From Candidatus Onthoplasma sp. (GTDB lineage: Bacteria > Bacillota > Clostridia > Christensenellales > UBA1242), in NCBI GenBank assembly GCA_045598895.1, contig JAZRUZ010000016.1:1-57296 (forward strand): DNA of 57,296 nt, in the 5' to 3' direction. The notes under the pieces are model-generated. The model had not been told where the DNA came from and ran no database searches. It saw only the letters and a program-made list of their open reading frames with translations. Positions 8,255 through 16,960 of this stretch are shown piece after piece; the first letter of the stretch is position 1; every line of letters begins with the position of its first letter. The translations under genes were made by a program, and so were the position numbers.

Positions 8255-10492
8255 ATGAAGAAAAAATTAAAAATTATAATTTTAACTACTTTGATATTTT
8301 TAAGTCTTTGTATTGCCTCAATACTTGGCTGTTTTATATTTTTTTATAATCGATATGACTTAGACGTAAACAAATTAACAAGCGTAAATAATGGAATAAA
8401 AGTCTACTCTGCATCAATGCAAGACAACACTCTCTATAATACAAATAGATCAGTGGTAGAAATTGATGATTTACCTGAATATGTAAAAAACGCTTTTATA
8501 GACACAGAAGATAAACGTTTTTATAAGCATTCGGGTTACGATTTAAAAAGAATTGCAAAAGCAAGTTTCGTAAATTTAATAAATCATAGCAAATCTCAAG
8601 GTGCTTCTACAATAAGTCAACAATTAATAAAAAATGCCTTACTCACTAACGAAAAAACCTATTCTAGAAAAATAAAAGAAGTTGTTCTTGCAATGAAGAT
8701 GGAAAAACAATTTTCAAAAGATGAAATTCTCGAAATGTACTTAAATACAGTATATTTCGGCTCTAATGCGTATGGTATAGAAAACGCAAGTAAAACTTAT
8801 TTTAACAAGTCTGCAAAAGAACTAAATTTAAGCGAAGCCTGTACTCTAGCAGGTATTTTAAAAAGCCCTAAATATTATTCACCAAAATACAATTACGACA
8901 ATGCAATTAAAAGACGAAATTTAGTTGCCGAAAATTTACTTAAAGCGAATCACATTGAAAAGAGCGACTATAATGAAATTATTAATGATAATTTAGAATT
9001 AAATTTAACTAACGACAACAACAATTCCTACGAAACAGAGGCAATTTTAGAGGCCTGTTCTCTTTTAAATATTAGCGAAAGAGAATTGATTAATAAAAAT
9101 TATCAAATTATTACTTTTAAAGACGACGAATTAAATAACTCTATTAGTGACATAAATTCAAATATTATCAACACCGAAGAAATCAACAATAATTGTTCTT
9201 TAGATAGCGTCAGTTGTGTTATCGATAAAGACGGCAAAGTCTTATCATATTATGCTAATTCTAGTTTTAATCTACACAATATTAAACGACAACCTGCCTC
9301 AACTTTTAAACCATTGGCAGTGTATATACCAGCATTTATACACAACATATTGTCGCCATCTAGTCAAATTCTTGATGATGAAATTAATTTTAACGGATAC
9401 TCTCCAAAGAACGCAGACGACACTTTTCATGGCTATGTTTCAATAAAAGATGCAGTCTCAAAATCTTATAATATACCCGCAGTTAAAGCACTTGATTTAG
9501 TTGGATTAAAAAATAGTAAATCTATTCTCAGTGATTTTAATTTTAACCTTTCAAATCAAGACAATAATTTAACTCTTGCATTAGGTAATGTCTATGGTGG
9601 TGTTAATATAATGGATCTTCTTTCTGCTTATAACACCATTGCTAATTTAGGTACATATCACCCAATAACCTTTATTGATAAAATTATTGATATGAACGGA
9701 AATATTATTTATAAATACGAAAACTATAGCGAAACAAAAATAGATGCTGATGCATGTTTTCTTATGACCGATTGTTTAAAATCTTCGTCAACTAACGGAA
9801 CTGCTGTTAGATTAAATTCGCTAAATTTACCCATCGCCTCGAAAACAGGAACTGCTTACAATGGAATAAATAACACCGATATATACAATATATCCTACAC
9901 CACCGAGCACACCATTTTATCTTGGATTGGTGATTTAAGTAACAATAAATTACCAAATACTTTACATAGTTCTAATCAACCAACTGAAATTAATAAACAA
10001 ATATTGACAAATTTATATGAAAATCATAGGCCTTTAGATTTCACTATTCCTGACAATATTGAAAAATGTGCATATGACATATTAGAACTAGAAAATAATC
10101 ATATAATCGTATCACCATCTACTAATCTTGATAGATATATTAGTTACGGCTATTTTAAAAAAGACTTCAAACCAAGTGAAAATTATACTTTATTAAGTTT
10201 AGACGCTAGTATTGATAAAACAGGTATAACCCTCAGTTTTGAACCTAAAAAATCTAAACAATATAGGTTATTTAGAATTACAAATGACGAAGAATTGTTA
10301 CAAGAAATAGTTGATACTAACCTTGAATATAAATTCATTGATTACGATGTTTATAAATTTTCAAAAGTTAAATATAAACTAGTTGATGACTTAGGGAATG
10401 AATTTGAAACTAGCGAATTTAGACCAAAAGATTATATTATTGAACTTATGAATAATGAGTTTTTATCAACTAAAAACAGATGGTACGTTTAA
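8255..10492 (+). CDS. Class A penicillin-binding protein (bifunctional glycosyltransferase/transpeptidase, PBP1A family)
   Basis: 745 aa with an N-terminal membrane anchor. GT51 motifs EDKRFYKHSGYD and RKIKE. Transpeptidase motifs STFK, SPKN and KTGTA. C-terminal extension of about 150 aa. Confidence 0.92.
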   Translation: MKKKLKIIILTTLIFLSLCIASILGCFIFFYNRYDLDVNKLTSVNNGIKVYSASMQDNTLYNTNRSVVEIDDLPEYVKNAFIDTEDKRFYKHSGYDLKRIAKASFVNLINHSKSQGASTISQQLIKNALLTNEKTYSRKIKEVVLAMKMEKQFSKDEILEMYLNTVYFGSNAYGIENASKTYFNKSAKELNLSEACTLAGILKSPKYYSPKYNYDNAIKRRNLVAENLLKANHIEKSDYNEIINDNLELNLTNDNNNSYETEAILEACSLLNISERELINKNYQIITFKDDELNNSISDINSNIINTEEINNNCSLDSVSCVIDKDGKVLSYYANSSFNLHNIKRQPASTFKPLAVYIPAFIHNILSPSSQILDDEINFNGYSPKNADDTFHGYVSIKDAVSKSYNIPAVKALDLVGLKNSKSILSDFNFNLSNQDNNLTLALGNVYGGVNIMDLLSAYNTIANLGTYHPITFIDKIIDMNGNIIYKYENYSETKIDADACFLMTDCLKSSSTNGTAVRLNSLNLPIASKTGTAYNGINNTDIYNISYTTEHTILSWIGDLSNNKLPNTLHSSNQPTEINKQILTNLYENHRPLDFTIPDNIEKCAYDILELENNHIIVSPSTNLDRYISYGYFKKDFKPSENYTLLSLDASIDKTGITLSFEPKKSKQYRLFRITNDEELLQEIVDTNLEYKFIDYDVYKFSKVKYKLVDDLGNEFETSEFRPKDYIIELMNNEFLSTKNRWYV

Positions 10493-11131
10493 TTTTAAAA
10501 TTTTCCATATTTTATTTTCATAACTCAAATCTTGTTTTGTCAAAACAATTTTCACTGTAGGTTTACTTGTTAAGGTTAAATCAAGTTTATCTATTAGGCT
10601 TTCTGAATTAAGTTCAACGTTTTTGCAAAGTTTTTTGAATAAATCTACTTTTAATTCGAAATGTGTGCAACCTAATATGTATTTTCCTTTTTTGTTAAAT
10701 TTAATCCTTTCTTTAATTGCCCTTTTAATTTTTTTGTCATTAAAAGGATCATTTTCAATAACAGTTGCAAGTTCCTTTAATGGAATAAAATTTTCTTTCT
10801 TTAAATTTTTAGACGTTAATTCAGTTGTTAAATACGTGCCACATTTATCAAAATCCAATATGAACACGTTTTCCATAGGTTTTATGCAAGATGACGCCGT
10901 ATTGCATGCGACGATGATTATATCTGCTTTATATTTTGTTTTTATCTCTTCTATTAAACTTTCTACTCTATTTTTAACAAAATTTTTATCCTTTTCTCCG
11001 TACGGCATGTTTAAATTATCTGCAAAATAAAGGAAATTTCCTGCTTTATATTTATTCATCAACCGAATAAGTACTGAAACTCCACCTATACCACTATCTA
11101 AAATCGCTATTGTAGGATTAGTTTTTATCAT
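10466..11131 (-). CDS. murI: Glutamate racemase (short form, 221 aa)
   Basis: Motifs DSGIGG, catalytic-Cys ACNTAS and GCTHF. The 3' end overlaps the convergent PBP gene by 27 nt. Confidence 0.85.
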   Translation of the reverse strand: MIKTNPTIAILDSGIGGVSVLIRLMNKYKAGNFLYFADNLNMPYGEKDKNFVKNRVESLIEEIKTKYKADIIIVACNTASSCIKPMENVFILDFDKCGTYLTTELTSKNLKKENFIPLKELATVIENDPFNDKKIKRAIKERIKFNKKGKYILGCTHFELKVDLFKKLCKNVELNSESLIDKLDLTLTSKPTVKIVLTKQDLSYENKIWKILKLNVPSVFS

Positions 11132-11143
11132 ACAATATTTATA
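11132..11143 (-). promoter_or_regulatory. TATAAA (11143..11138) followed by 6 nt and the murI ATG; weaker leaderless candidate
   Basis: Minus strand TCATATAAA-TATTGT-ATG. No Shine-Dalgarno and no clear -35. Confidence 0.3.
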
Positions 11144-11208
11144 TGACCAAGAATTTTAAGTTGTTCTATAATTTAATCTAACAAACTTATTAAAATTGTG
11201 GAATTTGC

Positions 11209-11237
11209 TTGCAATTTTTTAGACTTTTTGATATACT
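11209..11237 (+). promoter_or_regulatory. Sigma-A type promoter of rpsT
   Basis: TTGCAA (11209..11214), 17 nt, TATACT (11232..11237). Confidence 0.6.
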
Positions 11238-11258
11238 ATAATCGAATTGGAGGTTTAT

Positions 11259-11510
11259 ATGGCTAATATAAAATCAGCTAAGAAACGTATCAATGTTATT
11301 GATAGACAAAGTTTAGAAAATAAATCTTATAAGAACAAGATTGCTACTCTTGTTAAAAATTATAAAGTTGCTGTTGATAACAAAGATGAAAAAGCAAATG
11401 AATTATTAAATGAGGTCTTCTCTATTATCGATTCAGCCGTTTCTAAGAAAATCCTTGCTAAAACTACAGCAAATAGAAAGAAAGCAAGAATTAGTAAATA
11501 TGGTAAATAA
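11259..11510 (+). CDS. rpsT: 30S ribosomal protein S20
   Basis: MANIKSAKKRI... S20 N-terminus. GGAGG lies 7 nt upstream of ATG 11259. The ORF-track TTG at 11247 is inside the Shine-Dalgarno region. Confidence 0.95.
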   Translation: MANIKSAKKRINVIDRQSLENKSYKNKIATLVKNYKVAVDNKDEKANELLNEVFSIIDSAVSKKILAKTTANRKKARISKYGK

Positions 11511-11522
11511 TTATTTGTTTTT

Positions 11523-11550
11523 AAAAAACACTCTTATTGAGTGCTTTTTT
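11523..11550. terminator. Weak bidirectional hairpin between the convergent rpsT and LRR genes
   Basis: A-run, CACTC-ttatt-GAGTG, T-run. The stem is only 5 bp. Confidence 0.4.
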
Positions 11551-11579
11551 ATATGTTTATTTTGGTTTTGTAATTAAAA

Positions 11580-13145
11580 TTAAAATTTCTTAACTACTAT
11601 AGGTTGAAAATTTCTAAATTTTTTATTAGTATCAAGAAAACCATCTCCACATCTTATTAAATTAGGTAAATTCAACTCTTTTAAAGAGGTACTAGAACAA
11701 AGAAAATAATCTCCACATTGCTCTAATTTTGGCAAATTTAATTCGGTTAAAGTTTTGTTATAACAAAGAAAATAATCTCCACATTGTTCTAAGTTTGGCA
11801 AATTTAATTCAGTTAAAACTTTGTTTTGTTTAAGAGAAAAATTTCCACATTGCTTTAAATTTGGCAAATCTAATTTGCTTAAAACTTTGTTTTGTTTAAG
11901 AAAATAATTTCCACATTGCTTTAAATTTGGCAAATTTAATTTGCTTAAAACTTTGTTTCGGTCAAGAAAATAATTTCCACATTTCTCTAATTTTGGCAAA
12001 TTTAATTTGGTTAAAGTTTCATTATAATAAAGAAAATTCTCACTACAGTAAGTTATATTGTTATTATCATAAGCAACAATTTGATTGTTTTGATTTATCG
12101 TTAATTTTATATCACCACCGTTTTTAACTTTGAAAACTATTATTTGATTGTTGCTATCTTTTTCTTTTTCAACTTGTATTGATTCAATATCTTTGAATCC
12201 ATCTATAAAGCTATCTTGTATACGGTCATCATATAATTTAACTGTACAATTTTTTGACCTATCAATAATAAAATAATCACACAATATATATTTAGATTTA
12301 TCTAACTGTTCAGGTTCAAAGTTTTTAATAATTATGTTATTTTCACAATAATATATATTATTTATTTCAATATTGTATCTATAATATTTACCATCATTTG
12401 CTAAAACATAGTCTTGAAATTCAAACTTTTGAGAATTTTGTGATAAATCAATTCCAAATTCATTAATCATTGCGCTTGTTAAACCTTGTGCAATATTGTC
12501 AAGATTATTCGAAAAAGTTGCATCGGGATTGCCAACCGAATGATTGTATCTATTTTTTATAGAAAGAACAGAATTTTTGCCTCTGGTGAATTGAATACTT
12601 ATTACACTTGTGCCATATTCGTCTTGCCTAATTGGTTTTTTAAAGTCTTCTCTTTTTAACTTTTCTGCACCATCTTTAACAGCAAACCAAATCCTACATG
12701 ATTTAAGTCTGTCTCCTCCAAAAGTACAAAGTTCTTCTGGCATTAAATAAGGTTCAGGCGAACCACCTGTATATTTAATTTTCTTTCCATCACTTCTATA
12801 ATAAAAATGTCTAAAACTTTGAATATCAGCTTCTGTTTGACATTCTGGATAAAGAGTGTAACCAGCTTGTTTAAAAAGTTCTTTTGCCGAAAGTATAGTT
12901 TCATCTACTTTTTCTTCTTTGTTATGAAATTTCTTGTAAATTATGTTTTTAAATTCGTTAGCAAAATCTGGATTAGACTCATAATCTTTTGCAATAGATT
13001 TACTGAAAGCAAAAGTACTAGATAAAATTTCAGAAAGTTTTCCCGGTTGCTCTAAAATAGTTGGAAACAAAGTCCTACAAATATGAGAAAGATCTTCACC
13101 GTATTTCTCTTTAATAAATTTTAAATCATCAATTTCTTTAGCCAT
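11580..13145 (-). CDS. Leucine-rich-repeat protein (BspA/TpLRR-like 22-aa repeats) with an unassigned N-terminal domain of about 350 aa; no signal peptide
   Basis: 521 aa. The C-terminal third consists of at least six 22-residue units of the form LxxLNLPxLxQCGxYFLxxNKx. The N-terminus MAKEIDDLKFIKEKYGEDLSH is hydrophilic. AGGAG Shine-Dalgarno. The start overlaps the upstream ORF by 8 nt. Confidence 0.75.
   Translation of the reverse strand: MAKEIDDLKFIKEKYGEDLSHICRTLFPTILEQPGKLSEILSSTFAFSKSIAKDYESNPDFANEFKNIIYKKFHNKEEKVDETILSAKELFKQAGYTLYPECQTEADIQSFRHFYYRSDGKKIKYTGGSPEPYLMPEELCTFGGDRLKSCRIWFAVKDGAEKLKREDFKKPIRQDEYGTSVISIQFTRGKNSVLSIKNRYNHSVGNPDATFSNNLDNIAQGLTSAMINEFGIDLSQNSQKFEFQDYVLANDGKYYRYNIEINNIYYCENNIIIKNFEPEQLDKSKYILCDYFIIDRSKNCTVKLYDDRIQDSFIDGFKDIESIQVEKEKDSNNQIIVFKVKNGGDIKLTINQNNQIVAYDNNNITYCSENFLYYNETLTKLNLPKLEKCGNYFLDRNKVLSKLNLPNLKQCGNYFLKQNKVLSKLDLPNLKQCGNFSLKQNKVLTELNLPNLEQCGDYFLCYNKTLTELNLPKLEQCGDYFLCSSTSLKELNLPNLIRCGDGFLDTNKKFRNFQPIVVKKF
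11647..12042 (-). repeat. Six in-frame 66-bp tandem units encoding the LRR modules
   Basis: The CCACAT landmark recurs at 11647, 11713, 11779, 11845, 11911 and 11977, an exact 66-nt period. Units 3 to 5 are nearly identical at the nucleotide level, and degenerate units flank the array. Confidence 0.9.
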
Positions 13146-13440
13146 AAACTCTCCTTAAGACTAAACATTTACCTTTTCGTTCAATTTTCGCATATTCTTT
13201 ATCTAAGAGATTTTTGAAATCTTCAACACTTAAATCTTTCGAGGGTTCAAAATACAATGACTTGCTGTAAAAAGGCGAGCGCTCGTCTATTAAACATTCG
13301 GCAAGTGTAATTTTGTCTTTAACTTGTGGTTTTTTCATATTATAAAAATCTAAAACAATTTCATATTTTGTTTCATCATTTGTATCAATCAATAAACAAA
13401 CCCCAAACTCGTTGATATTCTGTATTTCTAAAACTTTCAT
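13138..13440 (-). CDS. Hypothetical 100-aa protein, translationally coupled to the LRR gene
   Basis: GGAG lies 7 nt upstream of the ATG. The stop overlaps the LRR gene start. I recognise no motif. Confidence 0.6.
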   Translation of the reverse strand: MKVLEIQNINEFGVCLLIDTNDETKYEIVLDFYNMKKPQVKDKITLAECLIDERSPFYSKSLYFEPSKDLSVEDFKNLLDKEYAKIERKGKCLVLRRVYG

Positions 13441-13457
13441 TACAAAACTCCAAATTT

Positions 13458-13486
13458 ATTATATAAAAATTAGTAATTTTTGTCAA
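13458..13486 (-). promoter_or_regulatory. Consensus sigma-A promoter of the hypothetical/LRR two-gene unit
   Basis: Minus strand TTGACA (13486..13481), 17 nt, TATAAT (13463..13458). The ATG is 17 nt downstream. Confidence 0.7.
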
Positions 13487-13529
13487 ATATAATAATTTTT
13501 CTTTTTGGAATAATTGAATTAAATATATT

Positions 13530-14195
13530 TTAAATATTATTTATTAAGTATTTATTATCCTTTAAATACTTATTATATTGTTTATAATTAGGCATATAAT
13601 CACTCACAATGCGCCAAAATTTTGCGCCGTGATTTTTTTCTTTCACGTGTGCCAATTCATGCACAATCAAGTAATCTACCACTTCTTTAGGACATAAGGC
13701 TAAACGATAAGTAAAATGCAATTTGTTATCGAAACTACATGATCCCCAATTTGATTTAGCACTTGTTATACTAATAGATTTATACGTTAAATTTAAATCA
13801 CGACTAATTTCCGCCACCCTAGTAATTATATAGTTAAAAAGTGTTTCTTTTAAAAACTTAATAAACTTATCTTGTGTGATTGAAACTGGAAGGATTATCC
13901 TATCATCAAACAAACTAATTTTTTTAACATCAGCGAATTGAAGTTGGTAGTTTTTCCCTAAAATAGAAATTGTTTTATTAATTTGTAAATCAAATTTATT
14001 TTTATTTGTATTTATAGCAAACTGACGTTTTTCAATTATCCAAGACTTTTTACTTAGTATAAATTCATCTATCTTTTTATTCTTAGTTTTTTTAGGTACT
14101 CTTACTATCATTTCACCATTTGGCTTAATGATTATTGCAATAGATTTCCTATTTGAATAAACTATTCTATTTGGAACTAATAAATCATTATACAT
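13530..14195 (-). CDS. YgjP-like M48/DUF45 family zinc metallopeptidase
   Basis: 221 aa. WGSCS followed by the HELAH zinc motif in the context DYLIVHELAHVKEKNHGAKFW. The ATG overlaps the holA stop (TAATG). Confidence 0.85.
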   Translation of the reverse strand: MYNDLLVPNRIVYSNRKSIAIIIKPNGEMIVRVPKKTKNKKIDEFILSKKSWIIEKRQFAINTNKNKFDLQINKTISILGKNYQLQFADVKKISLFDDRIILPVSITQDKFIKFLKETLFNYIITRVAEISRDLNLTYKSISITSAKSNWGSCSFDNKLHFTYRLALCPKEVVDYLIVHELAHVKEKNHGAKFWRIVSDYMPNYKQYNKYLKDNKYLINNI

Positions 14196-15103
14196 TAGAA
14201 CACCAATTCGTATAAGGCATTTTCGCTAGAAATTTTTCCTGATTTAATTTTATAATCTAAGTCTATATATTTTTCATATAAGTCAATATAAAATTTTACG
14301 CCATTTTTTGCTATATTTTTTCTACTTATTTTAATTGCGTAAGGCTTAATATTCAATATCTTAGATAACTCATCGTCGTTTTTATTTACTGAAATATACT
14401 GCATACGTTTAAAATATTTACCTAGATATGAAAACAACTCGTTATAATCAAAATTAAAACTTAAATTTTTTAAGGCTTCACAATAACTAGTATAGTCTTT
14501 ATCATCAATTGCATTAGTTAAACTGAAAATAGCATATTCGTTTGAATTAGATACAAGATTTACGACAACTTCCATATCTATCTTTGTACCTTGTTCACAA
14601 TAATTTGTTATCTTATTTAATTCGTTATAAATTTTCATCATGTTTGATTCGGTCGAATTGATTAAATAGTCTAACGCAACCTCCTCTATCGATAAATCAA
14701 ACTTGGAAATATAGTTTAGTATATATTTTGACAAATCTATTCTATCTAGTTTTTTACAATCAATAGTTTCTGCATTTTTTAAATTCTCAGCATTAATACA
14801 TAAAACAACATTATAATCATTAAAATCAAAACTATCTAAAAACTTACAAATCTCACTCTTTGGCTCGTTAATAACTATTAATCTATATTCATTTCCAAGT
14901 GGAAGTGTCGCTAATTGTGTATTTAACACTTCACTTGATATATCTCCATCTAATTTAATAAAATCAAATTCTTCAAAATTTGAAATAATTTGGGCTTTTA
15001 AATTTTTAATAGTCTGTTGAATTAAAAAAGCATCATCACCCATCGCGTTATAAAGGTGACTAATTGTATTTTTAATTGTTTTACTAAATTCCATGAATTT
15101 CAT
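14195..15103 (-). CDS. holA: DNA polymerase III delta subunit
   Basis: About 302 aa, directly downstream of comEC as in Bacillus/Clostridium. Start set at MKFMEF (15103). The longer ORF-track start at 15139 lies inside comEC. Confidence 0.7.
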   Translation of the reverse strand: MKFMEFSKTIKNTISHLYNAMGDDAFLIQQTIKNLKAQIISNFEEFDFIKLDGDISSEVLNTQLATLPLGNEYRLIVINEPKSEICKFLDSFDFNDYNVVLCINAENLKNAETIDCKKLDRIDLSKYILNYISKFDLSIEEVALDYLINSTESNMMKIYNELNKITNYCEQGTKIDMEVVVNLVSNSNEYAIFSLTNAIDDKDYTSYCEALKNLSFNFDYNELFSYLGKYFKRMQYISVNKNDDELSKILNIKPYAIKISRKNIAKNGVKFYIDLYEKYIDLDYKIKSGKISSENALYELVF

Positions 15104-15139
15104 AATTACATTATACCAAACATGCCACCAATAATGCAA
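15104..15139 (-). promoter_or_regulatory. Extended -10 promoter inside the comEC 3' end, placed for a leaderless holA transcript
   Basis: Minus strand TTGCAT (15139..15134), 18 nt, TGG-TATAAT (15118..15110), 6 nt (GTAATT), ATG 15103. Confidence 0.5.
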
Positions 15140-16649
15140 CTAGTGGAAGCGAAATAATTATCTTATACTGCCATTTTGCTGTGCAAAACCTACCTAACAC
15201 AAGTATTAACGCAAAGTACGCAATAATTCCAAAATAGTTAAAATTAATTGTATTTATATGAGATAAACTAGAAGCACTAAAGAACACACAACCTAAACTT
15301 ACAAAGTTAAAAAGATAATTTATCGGCACTAATAAATAGCAAATATATGGACAAATAAGCGATAGTAAACTCACAATAAAAACTATTTCAAAGCCAATTG
15401 TAAACAAAGGTATCAACAAGATATTAGCGAGAACTGAAATTATATTTAAAGTTTGGAAATAAAAAGCAAGAACAATCATGATTGAAATTGTGGCAGATAA
15501 ACTAAGAGCCACTGCATCTGCCAACTTTTCATTAAATTTTATTGAAATTAAAAATATCTTTATAGGTTTATGTAAAATCGTTATACCAAAAGCACACGCA
15601 AAACTAAGTAAGAAACTAACATCAAATATACAGAAAGGATTTGTAATAAATATTAAAATACCAGCGATAGATATAGCGTTTAAACTATCATAATTTTCAT
15701 GTAATATATCTGCAATTAGTAATATTATCGCCATTATACATGCTCGTAACGCAGAATAAGCAAAGTCGCAAAGCATTAAGTAAAATAATAAAAAGCCAAA
15801 CAAAATTATTAATCTAACATATTTATTTACCTTTAACTTTTTAAAAATCCAATTGAATACTAAAACTATTAGCCCTATATGTAGTCCTGACACAGCAAGT
15901 AAATGTGCTAAACCCGATGTCCTATAGAAATTATATTGCTTTTCACTAAGACTACTCTTATCACCAAAAAGCGCAGAATATGTAAAGTCTGCATTTTCAT
16001 TAGTTAGCCCTAAATGTAAGTTATCATTAATTCTTTCTCTAATTGTCTCTAAAACATCTTTATCTTCACCTAAAAATTCTATATTGCTTACTTTCGCACT
16101 CGTAAAATACTTAATATTGTTTTTATACAATGTTGAATTAGGTGCATCATAATAAAATAGATTTATTCTAAACGTTGAAGTAGGTGCAAATCTAATTCTT
16201 TCACCGATAACTACCCCATTAAACAGACCGGTAGAATCTTTCAAGTTTACATACACTTTACAGTTTATATTTTTACCATCAAACTTTACATCATCACCAA
16301 TAATGCGCATTTCGTGATCTTCAGCTGTTTCAACTGAAACAACTTTTAAGGTTACCTCGCTAGGTATTACATCTGTGCCTTTATTAAAGTTATAAATCGC
16401 TAAATAATAACTACCAATTCCTATTAAAAATGCAAGAACAGGAATTAAAATATATTTTGCCTTCTTTTTAACTATTGATGTAAATAAAAGAAGTCCAAAA
16501 AGAATTGTGGTTATAACAATAGTCATTATAGGTTTTTCAAAAATAAAATAACTAAAAAGACTGCCAGCAACAAGCGACATAAAAATAAATAATAATGGAC
16601 GATAATTAAAGTATCTCTGTTTCATCTTTCGTTTATTAAATTTTAACAC
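15111..16649 (-). CDS. comEC: ComEC/Rec2 family DNA internalisation channel, without the C-terminal metallo-beta-lactamase domain
   Basis: Polytopic membrane protein with an OB-like N-terminal region and a competence-domain motif (LLAVSGLHIGLIV). It ends at 512 aa inside the membrane domain. The ORF-track start is GTG 16649, with an alternative ATG at 16625. Confidence 0.8.
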   Translation of the reverse strand: MLKFNKRKMKQRYFNYRPLLFIFMSLVAGSLFSYFIFEKPIMTIVITTILFGLLLFTSIVKKKAKYILIPVLAFLIGIGSYYLAIYNFNKGTDVIPSEVTLKVVSVETAEDHEMRIIGDDVKFDGKNINCKVYVNLKDSTGLFNGVVIGERIRFAPTSTFRINLFYYDAPNSTLYKNNIKYFTSAKVSNIEFLGEDKDVLETIRERINDNLHLGLTNENADFTYSALFGDKSSLSEKQYNFYRTSGLAHLLAVSGLHIGLIVLVFNWIFKKLKVNKYVRLIILFGFLLFYLMLCDFAYSALRACIMAIILLIADILHENYDSLNAISIAGILIFITNPFCIFDVSFLLSFACAFGITILHKPIKIFLISIKFNEKLADAVALSLSATISIMIVLAFYFQTLNIISVLANILLIPLFTIGFEIVFIVSLLSLICPYICYLLVPINYLFNFVSLGCVFFSASSLSHINTINFNYFGIIAYFALILVLGRFCTAKWQYKIIISLPLVALLVACLV

Positions 16650-16845
16650 AAATCGGTAATATATGCAATATAAATTAAATAATTAAACAGAAACAATAAA
16701 ACTCGATATTTTAAATACAAATATTAATATTGAAAATTATTAAAATCTATAATATTTGATTATAAAAATAAACTTTAAACCTTTTAATTGATTTCTAAAA
16801 TTTATTAAAAATATTATAGAAATAAAATAAAAATTATAAAATTAC

Positions 16846-16874
16846 TTGAAAAAACATAACATTTATGTTAGAAT
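16846..16874 (+). promoter_or_regulatory. Sigma-A type promoter of the tRNA gene
   Basis: TTGAAA (16846..16851), 17 nt, TAGAAT (16869..16874), 10 nt before the tRNA 5' end. Confidence 0.6.
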
Positions 16875-16884
16875 GATTGAGCGT

Positions 16885-16959
16885 GGCCTTATAGTCTAGA
16901 GGTTAGGACACGGCCCTCTCAAGGCTGGGACACGAGTTCAATTCTCGTTAAGGCTACCA
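16885..16959 (+). tRNA. tRNA-Glu, anticodon CUC, CCA encoded
   Basis: Hand-folded cloverleaf. Acceptor stem is GGCCTTA/TAAGGCT with G1-U72. D arm is GTCT-AGAGGTTA-GGAC. Anticodon stem is CGGCC/GGCTG with loop CTCTCAA. The variable loop is 4 nt and the T arm is ACGAG-TTCAATT-CTCGT. The D arm closely resembles E. coli tRNA-Glu. Confidence 0.85.
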
Positions 16960-16960
16960 T

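Noticed and set aside
10466-10492. A 27-nt convergent overlap of the PBP1A and murI 3' ends, considered as a possible antisense regulatory arrangement.
   Set aside because: Short convergent overlaps are common in compact genomes. There is no associated structure, and the last residues of both proteins are unconserved tails.
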